Assembly: GCA_002498185.1 (NCBI GenBank)
Contig: DAGO01000089.1
Coordinates: 12,118 to 70,939, forward strand
DNA length: 58,822 bases
Direction: 5' to 3'
Origin: Euryarchaeota archaeon UBA10
GTDB taxonomy: Archaea; Thermoplasmatota; Poseidoniia; Poseidoniales; Poseidoniaceae
In this document: positions 9,004-18,121 of the stretch, piece after piece
Layout of the letters: every line of letters begins with the position of its first letter
Position numbering within the stretch: position 1 is the first letter of the stretch
Position numbers and translations under genes: made by a program
Notes under the pieces: generated by a model
Told to the model about the DNA's origin: nothing
Database searches by the model: none
Seen by the model: the letters and a program-made list of their open reading frames with translations, nothing else

Positions 9004-9043
9004 AAAACACTAGGTGTTCTAAAACACACCATAAGGGTGTTTT
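9004..9043. promoter_or_regulatory. two adjacent AACAC/GTGTT inverted repeats upstream of citrate synthase
   Basis: AACAC-TAG-GTGTT lies at 9006-9018 and AAAACAC-N9-GTGTTTT at 9021-9043. They sit ~65-100 nt upstream of the TTG start at 9107, downstream of a T5 run (8978-8982) that follows the ykgJ-like stop. Confidence 0.3.
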
Positions 9044-9106
9044 GTTGCGAAAAACAGCGTCGCCCTTATACCGTGGTGGCTTTTCCCTAGGTCCGGTGGT
9101 GAATTC

Positions 9107-10273
9107 TTGGCTGATGAAGAGTCGTTGTTGGAATTGACTACTGCCCACCTCAATATTGGTATGAGAGGCGTTCCAGTTGGAACTTGTAGAACGTCCTTCG
9201 TAACTCCTACTGAAGGAGTTCACTATTGTGGATACCCGATTAGTGAACTAGCCATGATGTCACCTGAAGACATCATTTATCTTCTATTCAACAAGGATTT
9301 ACCAAACATAGAGCAATCTGTAGAGTTTAGAGAAGATTTGCAATCCAGAGGCGAGCTTCCTTCCGGCGTGGAAGAAGTCCTTGCCACCCTACCAAGAGAC
9401 GGCCATCCAATGGACTGGCTCTCAATTGGCATTCACACATTAGGAATGCTAGGTGGTGTTGACGATTGGAAAGAAGATGCAATGAATCTTATCGCTAGGA
9501 TGCCGAGATTAATGGGATTAATTTTCAGATATCGCGAGGGTCGAACAGAGAACATTCCTAGTGATGATTTGACACTACCTTTGGTTGGAAGATTCACTAA
9601 CACTCTTGATTTGGATAATGTTGACAAAGCAGTAATGAACAGAGTTCTGTCTACTTACCTAGTCCTCCACATGGACCACGGTGGAGGTAATTTGTCGACA
9701 TTCACAGGCAAAGCTGTAGCAAGCGGTCACGCAACAGTCTACTCTTCAATGGCAGGAGCAATGAATGCTCTTTCCGGTCCACTGCACGGCAGAGCAAACC
9801 AGTCGTGTTTTGAATTCGTTAAGCGCATTGGCACATCAGACCCTGCCGAAGTTGAGAGATTTGTCAGAGGAGAACTTGAGGCGAAGAGGCCTGTATTCGG
9901 ATTCGGGCATGCTGTTCTGCGTGCTGAAGATCCAAGAGCCACTGTACAATTCGCTTTAGGGGAAGAAATCTGCCCAGATGATGAGTATTACAGAATCATT
10001 CGAGTTCTGCGCCAAATTGCTCCAATGGTACTTTCAGAGAATCCAAAAATCAGCAATCCAAACGCAAACGTAGACATCGCAAGTGGAACCTTGCTAAACT
10101 ATGTTGGACTGCAGGACCCTGAATACTACACTACATTCTTTGGATGGGCAAGAGTTGCAGGAATTGGTGCACAGATTGTAGACGAGAGAACGGTAATGCG
10201 CAACGGGAAAGGAATCCCAATTTACCGACCAAAATACATCGCAGAAGAACAAACTCTGCGTCACATTGACTGA
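9107..10273 (+). CDS. gltA: citrate synthase
   Basis: GVHYCGYPISELA, LVLHMDHGGGNLSTF, LSGPLHGRANQ, PVFGFGHAVLRAEDPRA and NVDIASG are the citrate synthase catalytic blocks. Only a TTG start (9107) is available upstream of the conserved N-terminal block. Confidence 0.85.
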   Translation: MADEESLLELTTAHLNIGMRGVPVGTCRTSFVTPTEGVHYCGYPISELAMMSPEDIIYLLFNKDLPNIEQSVEFREDLQSRGELPSGVEEVLATLPRDGHPMDWLSIGIHTLGMLGGVDDWKEDAMNLIARMPRLMGLIFRYREGRTENIPSDDLTLPLVGRFTNTLDLDNVDKAVMNRVLSTYLVLHMDHGGGNLSTFTGKAVASGHATVYSSMAGAMNALSGPLHGRANQSCFEFVKRIGTSDPAEVERFVRGELEAKRPVFGFGHAVLRAEDPRATVQFALGEEICPDDEYYRIIRVLRQIAPMVLSENPKISNPNANVDIASGTLLNYVGLQDPEYYTTFFGWARVAGIGAQIVDERTVMRNGKGIPIYRPKYIAEEQTLRHID

Positions 10274-11334
10274 ATAACAGGTCGTGCTGTCTTCCCACAG
10301 CCACGGTGACCAATCATTCTGACTGCCTTCCAACCCAATTGTTCATCGCTAATCTCGTGCCATGGAGCAACATCTTCTGGCGCAATACCTTTACTGAGGT
10401 CATTCCATTGTTCATCAGACAAAGGCATAGTAGCAGGTCTCATCCACCGACTACTTCCACATGGCAACACCATTGATGGGTCGGGGTAATCTGTTAGTAT
10501 TGACAATCCAGCACCCAATAAGTCTCTCTCCATATATGGGTGTCCTGGCCACACATAAACAGGATAATCTCCCAAAATTTTTCTTAATCTGTCCAATTGA
10601 CGTCCTTTGAGCCCTACTGGCCTGCCAAGGTGTAAATAGCGTTTGATTCCTTCAAAGTAATCAACCGCACAAGGCATCATTGGAGCACCAGAACTCTTCT
10701 GCTCATTCATCAAACGATTGAACGAGTAAGCTACGAATTGAGGAAGAGCCCTAATCCTCTTGCTGTTGTGCGAACCAGTTCTAGGTACAACTGGCAATAG
10801 TCTTGACCACGGGCGATTAGAGCCTGATAATTTTGCAACTTTTTTCATCGGCTTATGGAATGCATAGAACACCGCCGCCTCATTGTGAATACCAGCATCG
10901 TCCACCATTTCACTAGCAAGTTCCATTATTCGGGCCATCCTTTTAGTGGGCTCCTTTTCGATGGAAGGCAGGCATCTCTTAATTTCCAAACATGCGACCT
11001 TGGAATGTTCTTGCCAAGGCACTAACCATTCTTTGTCAGCCATCAATTTCTCAAAAGAACAAAATCCGATTTCTTCTAATTCCGCTAAATTCCACTCCTC
11101 AACAATTTTTGGTCGGCCATCCAATTTTTCTTTTGGAATCGAAACCGTGTGGTCGTGATGAACCACTAATTGGTCATCTGCTGTTAAGCGTAAGTCGAAT
11201 TCGACGCCATCCATAATTTGCATAGCCTTCACTAAGGAAGCATGCGTATTTTCTGGATGCTGAACAAACGCCATTGGTTTGGCTTGAAACGATTTCATTA
11301 TTGAATCATGTGCCGGAAATTGAAACCGGCCCAA
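10261..11334 (-). CDS. glycerophosphodiester phosphodiesterase (GDPD) family protein
   Basis: FVQHPENTHASLVKAMQIMDGVEFDLRLTADDQLVVHHDHTV matches the GDPD ENT...E.D..lT.D...Vv.HD block, with YPVYVWPG further on. The start is uncertain (Met at 11334, 11298 or 11274). Confidence 0.6.
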   Translation of the reverse strand: MGRFQFPAHDSIMKSFQAKPMAFVQHPENTHASLVKAMQIMDGVEFDLRLTADDQLVVHHDHTVSIPKEKLDGRPKIVEEWNLAELEEIGFCSFEKLMADKEWLVPWQEHSKVACLEIKRCLPSIEKEPTKRMARIMELASEMVDDAGIHNEAAVFYAFHKPMKKVAKLSGSNRPWSRLLPVVPRTGSHNSKRIRALPQFVAYSFNRLMNEQKSSGAPMMPCAVDYFEGIKRYLHLGRPVGLKGRQLDRLRKILGDYPVYVWPGHPYMERDLLGAGLSILTDYPDPSMVLPCGSSRWMRPATMPLSDEQWNDLSKGIAPEDVAPWHEISDEQLGWKAVRMIGHRGCGKTARPVIQSM

Positions 11335-11365
11335 CTATCATAAGCGGTGAAATTCAGTGCGAGGC

Positions 11366-13129
11366 ATGGCAGAAGACCAACGCGTACGAGGATATTGTGC
11401 ATATGATTGGGGTAAGAGCGCTTTCGAGACATCGGTAACAACAGCAGTATTCCCGGCATGGTTCGCATATCTATTCGCTGAAGCAAACGGAATCTCAACG
11501 AAAATCCTAGGTTCAGAATGGACAGCAGATGCTATGTTTTCCGGTGCAGTAATGATTGGTGCATTGCTTGTAGCAATTTGTGCACCTTCCCTTGGAGTGA
11601 TTGCTGACCGAAGAATGATCAAAATTTGGTGGTTGCGAACACTAACCTGGGTTGGTGCAATTTCATGTGTACTTCTTGCACTATCTCCTTACTTGGGGGT
11701 TTCAATAGCATGGATTTGGGCGACAATCATGTTCATGATTGCAAATGTTGGTCTGAATGGAGCAGGTGTGTTTTACAATGCACTGCTACCACACATGGGT
11801 GATGAATCTGAAATGGATTCTATCTCAAACAAGGCCTTTGCTGCAGGATACCTCGGCGGTGGAATATTACTTGTTGTTCACTTAGGGATGGTTTTGAGTC
11901 TTGATGGTGGATGGGTCATTCCTTTCGTCATGGCATCCTCTGGATTGTGGTGGCTAGGATTCGCTCAAATGACTTTCAGAATGGTTCCAGAACCTCACAT
12001 TGAAGACGAGATGGAACCAATGGGGTTAATCGCATCAACAAAGATGGCTTTGGGAGAAGTGATTTCCACATTAAAGGACATCAAGAGTTTCAGAACCTTA
12101 TTCTTCTACATGCTAGCATACTTCTGTTTCATTGATGGAATCAACTCTGTAACAGCTCTTGCAGGAGTGTTCGGAATTGTTGTTCTTGGATTAACAACAA
12201 CTGGGCTAATCATGACGATAGTTATCATTCAATTCGTTGCGGCTCCCGCTGCGATTGGATTTACGAAATTAGCAGACAAATGGGGCACCAAGAAAGCACT
12301 GCAATTTTCTCTAGTTTGCTGGTGTGTAGTGATCATCGGAGCACTATCTTTCGCACCTTTGGAATTAGAAAAGCACGAAGAATATGACATTCAATATACA
12401 TGGGACGCGGATGAGGGTGCGTATTTTGTTGAGGCACGAGAAGGAGTAAACAACATCGCAGCATTACCGGATGACGATGAACAAAAGTGGGCTCTGGATT
12501 ATGAAGAAATCCTACCCGTTCAACAAAACAAAGACGTTAAGCGACAGGGTTATGCTGTCGAATGGGCATTTGATGATGATGGAGCACCAATCTCAATGCA
12601 AGTTAATCTAACTGAATCAACTATGGCCGCATTCAAGGCATCTATGGATGACTCAAGATTCTCCTACAGTGTTGAAGGAGGAGAACTAGAGGATATGGTC
12701 GTTGGAGAGAACCATCCGACCAGCCTTGGAGACGGAATGCTAGATTTCATTCCCGACACAGCTCGAGACTGGATTTGGGCACCTCTTGGAGTTACCGTGT
12801 TCTTCCAATTCTTGCTGCTCGGGGCATTCGCAGGAGCTCTGCTAGGCGGTTCACAAGGACTCGCTCGCTCGATGTTCGGACAGATGGTTCCAGAAACTCG
12901 ATCGGCTGAGTTCTTCGGATTCTTCGGGTTCTTCGGAAAGGTTGCGGCATTACTTGGCCCACTAATCTATGCATTGATGACTGTCTGGTTCGATTCAAGA
13001 GTCGGTATTTTCGCTATCTCTCTACTGATTGTAGCCGGTGCATTGCTACTGAGAAAGGTCGATGTCGAAGATGGTATCGCCGTAGCAAAAGCAGAGGATG
13101 AAAGAAACCGTTCTAGCGCTGCGGAGTGA
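11366..13129 (+). CDS. MFS transporter, UMF1/Atg22-like family
   Basis: YCAYDWGKSAFETSVTTAVFPAWF at the N-terminus is typical of the UMF1 family. About 12 hydrophobic helices surround a large central hydrophilic loop. Confidence 0.65.
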   Translation: MAEDQRVRGYCAYDWGKSAFETSVTTAVFPAWFAYLFAEANGISTKILGSEWTADAMFSGAVMIGALLVAICAPSLGVIADRRMIKIWWLRTLTWVGAISCVLLALSPYLGVSIAWIWATIMFMIANVGLNGAGVFYNALLPHMGDESEMDSISNKAFAAGYLGGGILLVVHLGMVLSLDGGWVIPFVMASSGLWWLGFAQMTFRMVPEPHIEDEMEPMGLIASTKMALGEVISTLKDIKSFRTLFFYMLAYFCFIDGINSVTALAGVFGIVVLGLTTTGLIMTIVIIQFVAAPAAIGFTKLADKWGTKKALQFSLVCWCVVIIGALSFAPLELEKHEEYDIQYTWDADEGAYFVEAREGVNNIAALPDDDEQKWALDYEEILPVQQNKDVKRQGYAVEWAFDDDGAPISMQVNLTESTMAAFKASMDDSRFSYSVEGGELEDMVVGENHPTSLGDGMLDFIPDTARDWIWAPLGVTVFFQFLLLGAFAGALLGGSQGLARSMFGQMVPETRSAEFFGFFGFFGKVAALLGPLIYALMTVWFDSRVGIFAISLLIVAGALLLRKVDVEDGIAVAKAEDERNRSSAAE

Positions 13130-13150
13130 AAATACTCATAGCCATAGGCT

Positions 13151-14596
13151 ATGGGCGGTGAAGCAATGAGTCCTTACTGGGTGATGATGGGATTAATCCT
13201 AATCCTAACTCCTCTCATCTGTTGGGTGTTCACCCTTGGCCGTGAACACACAAGGACTCCTTTGAACACTGCATTCCAGGTTATTCATGAGAAAAGGTAC
13301 TATCTTCACGCACTTGGTTACCTTTTCATCATTAGATGGAAAGCCTTGACTGATGACCTAAATGAGCCGATTAAAATCAAAACAGGAAACTGGACTGACT
13401 GGATTTACTCATTCGAGGGTGAAATCACCCTGTGGGTTCAGCAGACTTTTGAGAACGCATGGCTAACAGAGTTCTTGAATTTCCATTACCTCTTCATCTA
13501 CCTATTCTTAATTTACATTACTACAGTCTATTTCGCATACGTTGGCGAAAGAGACATGACCGACAAGGTCACTCTCAATTATCTTCTGATTTACGCCTTA
13601 GCAGTTCCATACTACCTATTCCTGAATGTGGAAGTCACATCATCGTGGATACCTGGAATGAAAGCACTTCTGTATCACGATGGTTGGTACACCGTGTTCT
13701 ATGCAACACACGACCCATTAGACAACGCAGTTCCATCTTTACACGTAGCTATTCCATTCGGAATAATTCTCCTAAACTGGCTGCACTGCAAAGAGAAAGG
13801 AATCAAAATGCGTGATTGGACACACTGGCCATATCACCTCTTCATCGTAGTAAACACCATACTTTTCGTATTCACTATTGCCTATCTAGGAATACACTGG
13901 CTTGTTGACATCCCGCTAGGTATGCTTGTTGGGGGAATTGGTGCACTATTCATCCATCACCTGCAACCCAGAATGCGTAATGACCACGGAGGAATGTTCG
14001 AAGGGGTTACGAAAAAGAAAGTTGTCAATCATACCTTCTGGGAAGGTGCTGCTACCCTAATACTACTCTTCCTAGTTCTTTCAGCTGTCTCTTACCAAGA
14101 GAATAACATCGACGACAGAGTATCGATGAGACTGGGTGGAGGAGATTCCACCTATGAGATTCTAACACCATTATCCTACGGAGATGAAGTTACGACTTCG
14201 ATAACCAATCTTGATGAATCGCTAACTCTTCAATTCTCCATCCTTTGGGTTGAAGAATCGGTAACTGCGATGGATCAAGGAGTAATCAATTGGTCTGAGA
14301 TAGAAAAGAAACAGACGGTGTATTTTGTTGAGCCTGGAAAAACAATGAATGTTACAGTTACCGATGCTAAATTATGGCATCTAATCATTCTACACAATAG
14401 TGCTGAGGAACTTGATGATGTGATTGAGGTTAGAATAATCAACGACTATGGCGATGATCAAATGTGGAAAGCTGTAGCACTATCTCTGCCATCAATGTGG
14501 ATGACTGGATTCGTTATTCACCGTTTGAAGAGGTTGAAGCAAGCTGGCCGTTCTTTCATCGATTCAACTCCTTCCCATTTGTGGGAGGAAGAATGA
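13151..14596 (+). CDS. PAP2_3 (Aur1/IPC-synthase-like) phosphotransferase-type membrane protein with C-terminal soluble domain
   Basis: The multi-pass N-terminal half carries NAVPSLHVAIPFG and HWLVDIPLGMLVGG (PAP2 C2/C3-like PS.H and H...D motifs). The ~190-aa C-terminal domain is unrecognised. Confidence 0.45.
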   Translation: MGGEAMSPYWVMMGLILILTPLICWVFTLGREHTRTPLNTAFQVIHEKRYYLHALGYLFIIRWKALTDDLNEPIKIKTGNWTDWIYSFEGEITLWVQQTFENAWLTEFLNFHYLFIYLFLIYITTVYFAYVGERDMTDKVTLNYLLIYALAVPYYLFLNVEVTSSWIPGMKALLYHDGWYTVFYATHDPLDNAVPSLHVAIPFGIILLNWLHCKEKGIKMRDWTHWPYHLFIVVNTILFVFTIAYLGIHWLVDIPLGMLVGGIGALFIHHLQPRMRNDHGGMFEGVTKKKVVNHTFWEGAATLILLFLVLSAVSYQENNIDDRVSMRLGGGDSTYEILTPLSYGDEVTTSITNLDESLTLQFSILWVEESVTAMDQGVINWSEIEKKQTVYFVEPGKTMNVTVTDAKLWHLIILHNSAEELDDVIEVRIINDYGDDQMWKAVALSLPSMWMTGFVIHRLKRLKQAGRSFIDSTPSHLWEEE

Positions 14597-15349
14597 ATGA
14601 GTGACGAATTTAGTATCGACCCCGAGATCAGAAATTTGTTCAAACAAGTTTCAGAGCATATCAGAAGTCGATTGAAACTCATCGTTGCCCTATTTATCAT
14701 CGGCATTGCAATAGGAATACCTCTCTCACACAGAGTTGTTGACTGGCTCTTAGGAGCAGGATTGGTGCCTTCAGACGTTAACATAATCATATTGACTCCT
14801 GTTGAATTTATCATGTTGCAAGTAAGAGTTGGAGCATGGTTAGGTGCAGGATTAGCCGTCCTAGCGCTAATTATTGATGGAGCATGGAAAAGTGGTCTTG
14901 CAAAAAAGAGCCCCAGGCCTACTTTGAGCGTCATCGTTGCCGTGGTTACTGCAACTATTCTAGCAGTTATTGGCATAATTTACTCATGGTACCTTCTCAC
15001 ACCAATGCTGCTGGACTATTTGGCTACTGATGCTCAATCTGCTGGGCTATCCACTGAATGGCGATTATCATCGTTTATTGGATTCATAATCAGCCTTTGT
15101 TTAGCCTGTGTAATTGGATTCCAAGCCCCTCTAATCACAACATTATCACTGCAAACTGGTGCGGTCGACAGGGCAACATTGCTGGCTTATCGGCGCCACA
15201 TTTGGTTCATCACTTTCGTTTTAGGAGCAGCGTTCTCTCCGCCAGACCCGCTGTCATTATTCCTAGTGTCTCTTCCGATAATCCTTCTATTCGAAGCCGC
15301 TTTGATTTGGAATAAAATCACGGGTGAAAGCAAGGATGCAAGTGTTTGA
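14597..15349 (+). CDS. tatC: twin-arginine translocase subunit TatC
   Basis: 250 aa with six hydrophobic helices. HIWFITFVLGAAFSPPDPLSLFLVSLP matches the conserved TatC sPpD block. The start abuts the upstream stop (TGAATG). Confidence 0.75.
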   Translation: MSDEFSIDPEIRNLFKQVSEHIRSRLKLIVALFIIGIAIGIPLSHRVVDWLLGAGLVPSDVNIIILTPVEFIMLQVRVGAWLGAGLAVLALIIDGAWKSGLAKKSPRPTLSVIVAVVTATILAVIGIIYSWYLLTPMLLDYLATDAQSAGLSTEWRLSSFIGFIISLCLACVIGFQAPLITTLSLQTGAVDRATLLAYRRHIWFITFVLGAAFSPPDPLSLFLVSLPIILLFEAALIWNKITGESKDASV

Positions 15350-16142
15350 TTGGAACACAAATCTTACCCGGTGAAGGACGGTTTTCAGTACCGTGTGAGT
15401 CACCTCCAACAGTAATTGGTAAGCCTTGCTGCATCAATTCCAAACGATAAGAATCAGGATGTGAGTTATGCACTGCTTCGATACAATCTACTCCGAGTTT
15501 CAGCAAGGCAGGTACTAGAATATCAACCTCAATTCCGTAATAATAAGGATGGGCTAAGGAAGTCAGACCTCCTGATTGATGTACCATATTAACCGCTTCA
15601 GAAACGGTAGGAAGAGGCCTTTCTCTAAATGCAGGACCGTCGTTACCAATCCATTTTTCAAATGCTTCTGAAACAGATTCAACAATTCCATGCTCTACCA
15701 TTGCTCTAGCCAGATGTGGTCTGCCAAGAGAATCCTCTGCGAATTTTTCAACATCTTCTATTGGGATAACATGACCGTTTTCAGCAAGTGCTTCTAACAT
15801 CAATTTCATACGAGGTATCCTCGCATCTTTCAGACTCAATAGCCAATCACTGAACTCTTTGGACGCACCCTCAGGGAAATAAGCGAGAAGGTGCCATGAT
15901 GAAGGATTCTTCGTCGAACTTTGTAGTTCAACTTCGCAAGTAATTTCTACACCGGGAATAAATCGCATCCCCAATTTTTGACAGGCATCGCTAGCTTCAG
16001 CCCAGCCTGTGTCTGTATCATGGTCGGTTAATGACCAAACCTTGACACCTGAATCAAATGCCCTTTCTGCCATTTCCGTGGGTGAAAACAATCCATCACT
16101 ATGCCATGAATGGCAATGCAAATCGACACTTTCGGTCCACAT
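15318..16142 (-). CDS. PHP-domain phosphoesterase (TrpH/YciV-like)
   Basis: VDLHCHSWHSDGLFSPTEMAERAFDSGVKVWSLTDHDT at the N-terminus, with AHPYYY and GGDSHG downstream. Confidence 0.75.
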   Translation of the reverse strand: MWTESVDLHCHSWHSDGLFSPTEMAERAFDSGVKVWSLTDHDTDTGWAEASDACQKLGMRFIPGVEITCEVELQSSTKNPSSWHLLAYFPEGASKEFSDWLLSLKDARIPRMKLMLEALAENGHVIPIEDVEKFAEDSLGRPHLARAMVEHGIVESVSEAFEKWIGNDGPAFRERPLPTVSEAVNMVHQSGGLTSLAHPYYYGIEVDILVPALLKLGVDCIEAVHNSHPDSYRLELMQQGLPITVGGDSHGTENRPSPGKICVPIKHLHPCFHP

Positions 16143-16151
16143 AGTAAAACC

Positions 16152-16802
16152 TCAGAAATCTGGTAATTCGGGCAAATCCAATGGTGGAGGAGCCGCAGAT
16201 GCTTCATCCTCATTCAATAAATCATCAAGGTCTGGCATTTCAGGTAAATCTGCCATTACAGGCACGTCTGGAAGTTCTAAAGTTGGGACCTCTGGCAAGG
16301 GAATGGATTCAATGCCATCGATTTGAAATCCTCTTGAATCAAACTTATCGACATTGACTTTAGCGCTATCAACTTCATTGTTGGAAATAGCAGCGGCCGA
16401 TGATTGACCGATTTGTCCTTTGGATAGTGCATTGATTGCGTTGTCAACTGCTGATTCATCTTGTGTCACTTGAGAGCCGATAATGGATTCAATTACTGCT
16501 GCAGTGTTCGGATTTACTGAATCTTGAGCCGCATCGAGACTTACCATGGTTGGAAGACCTTCCATCTCCTCATACTGCGCTGCAGAAGAACCATGGGCAT
16601 GTACTACAGGAACATCATGTTCTCTTCGTGCCCACCAAGACAGTGCTAAACTCAAGGGAACAAAAACCAGCAATCCGGTTTCGATATTCCCCCACCCTCT
16701 AGGAGTTCCAATAGGAAGAAACAGTGAGAACAACAATGCAACAAATGCGATCAAGGCAGCCGTATTCGCGGCAAACGCGATGTTGGGGTGCCTCGGGTCC
16801 AT
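16152..16802 (-). CDS. hypothetical two-TM protein with acidic LP(E/D)xP-repeat C-terminus
   Basis: 216-aa ORF with two N-terminal TM helices. The C-terminus is PLPEVPTLELPDVPVMADLPEMPDLDDLLNEDEASAAPPPLDLPELPDF. Confidence 0.45.
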   Translation of the reverse strand: MDPRHPNIAFAANTAALIAFVALLFSLFLPIGTPRGWGNIETGLLVFVPLSLALSWWARREHDVPVVHAHGSSAAQYEEMEGLPTMVSLDAAQDSVNPNTAAVIESIIGSQVTQDESAVDNAINALSKGQIGQSSAAAISNNEVDSAKVNVDKFDSRGFQIDGIESIPLPEVPTLELPDVPVMADLPEMPDLDDLLNEDEASAAPPPLDLPELPDF

Positions 16803-16824
16803 GATATTCTCTGGAGGGCGTAAC

Positions 16825-17691
16825 TCAAGAATGTTGGGCTTCTGCGGATGTGACTGTATTTGCCATTAACATTGCAACGGTCATAGGACCAACTCCGCCT
16901 GGTACCGGCGAAAGTAGTGATGCGACTTCTTCGACATCGGGATGAACATCTCCTGCCAGCCTCCAGCCCCTTTCTCTGGTCGAGTCATCTACGCGATTGA
17001 TCCCTACATCGACGACAACAGCGCCCGGTTTAATCCAGTCTTTCTTGACCATCTCAGGCCTTCCCACCGCTGCAATAACGATGTCAGCAGACAAACATTC
17101 GGCCTTTGCATCAACCGTTCTTGAATGAACAATAGTTACAGTAGCGTCAGCGCCACGTGAAGCCAATAGCAAAGCCTGTGGCATTCCTACATTGAAAGAG
17201 CGTCCAATTACAACCGCTTTTTTACCGGTCATTTCTACATCAGCCCAACGCAGCATTTCCATCACACCAGCAGGTGTGCAAGGAATCATTCCATCAAGAC
17301 GTCCTTGAACAATTCTTCCAAGGTTTTCGGGATGGAATCCATCTACATCTTTACTAGGGTTGATCAAATCTGTTAGAGATTCTTCATCCATATGCGAAGG
17401 TAGCGGAGACTGAATTAGAATTCCGTGCAATGAATCATCTTGATTCAAGGAAATTATTGTCTTTTCAACTTCTTCCTGCGATGAATCCGCAGGCATTTCG
17501 ATGTGAGTGGATTTGATTCCCAACCTTTCGCAAGAACGAATTTTGTTTCTAACATACACATGTGATGCAGGGTCGTCACCCACGATTACTACTGCCAAAT
17601 GTGGCTGAACTTTGCAATTTGCAATTCGAGATTTCAACCTCTCTTCGAGGTCGGCTGCACAGGATTTACCATCCAGTCTGGCTGCAGGCAT
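16825..17691 (-). CDS. folD: bifunctional methylenetetrahydrofolate dehydrogenase/cyclohydrolase
   Basis: LDGKS...PHLAVVIVGDDPASHVYVRNKIRSCERLGIKS, HGILIQSPLP, VIGRSFNVGMP and PGGVGPMTVAML are canonical FolD blocks. Confidence 0.9.
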   Translation of the reverse strand: MPAARLDGKSCAADLEERLKSRIANCKVQPHLAVVIVGDDPASHVYVRNKIRSCERLGIKSTHIEMPADSSQEEVEKTIISLNQDDSLHGILIQSPLPSHMDEESLTDLINPSKDVDGFHPENLGRIVQGRLDGMIPCTPAGVMEMLRWADVEMTGKKAVVIGRSFNVGMPQALLLASRGADATVTIVHSRTVDAKAECLSADIVIAAVGRPEMVKKDWIKPGAVVVDVGINRVDDSTRERGWRLAGDVHPDVEEVASLLSPVPGGVGPMTVAMLMANTVTSAEAQHS

Positions 17692-17739
17692 GATTTAATC
17701 CAAATGAATGATGGTGATGAGGATTGCGTTATCACAGAA

Positions 17740-18117
17740 TCATTCTTCTTCATTGGACCACAGCAATTTGCTGCATGCAGGACAAATATACTCAGAAGGT
17801 CTTGGACCGTCAATCGTCTCTAGGTTACCGCAAGGTCCGCAAAGGATGGTTGACTTGATTGGCTCATCCATAGTTACATCCACTCTGTACATGAATCTGC
17901 CAGCATCAGGTAGTCTTTCCATCGAAGGTTTCCAATCTGAAACAGCTTCAGGGCTCATTCCCATTTGACTTGGAATAGACATTCCAATGATGAAACAGAT
18001 TATCCCACTGATACCTACTACACCGCCCATAGCAATGTTGACACCAAGAGAAAATAATGCTCCGAATACAATCAATACTATTCCAGAGAGAAGGAAGTTT
18101 TCTCTGCGGTTTTTCAT
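17740..18117 (-). CDS. small membrane protein with C-terminal zinc-ribbon
   Basis: 125 aa with two TM helices. CGPCGN...(13)...CPACSKLL forms a C..C/C..C pair. The tail is NEEE. Confidence 0.5.
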   Translation of the reverse strand: MKNRRENFLLSGIVLIVFGALFSLGVNIAMGGVVGISGIICFIIGMSIPSQMGMSPEAVSDWKPSMERLPDAGRFMYRVDVTMDEPIKSTILCGPCGNLETIDGPRPSEYICPACSKLLWSNEEE

Positions 18118-18121
18118 GGTA

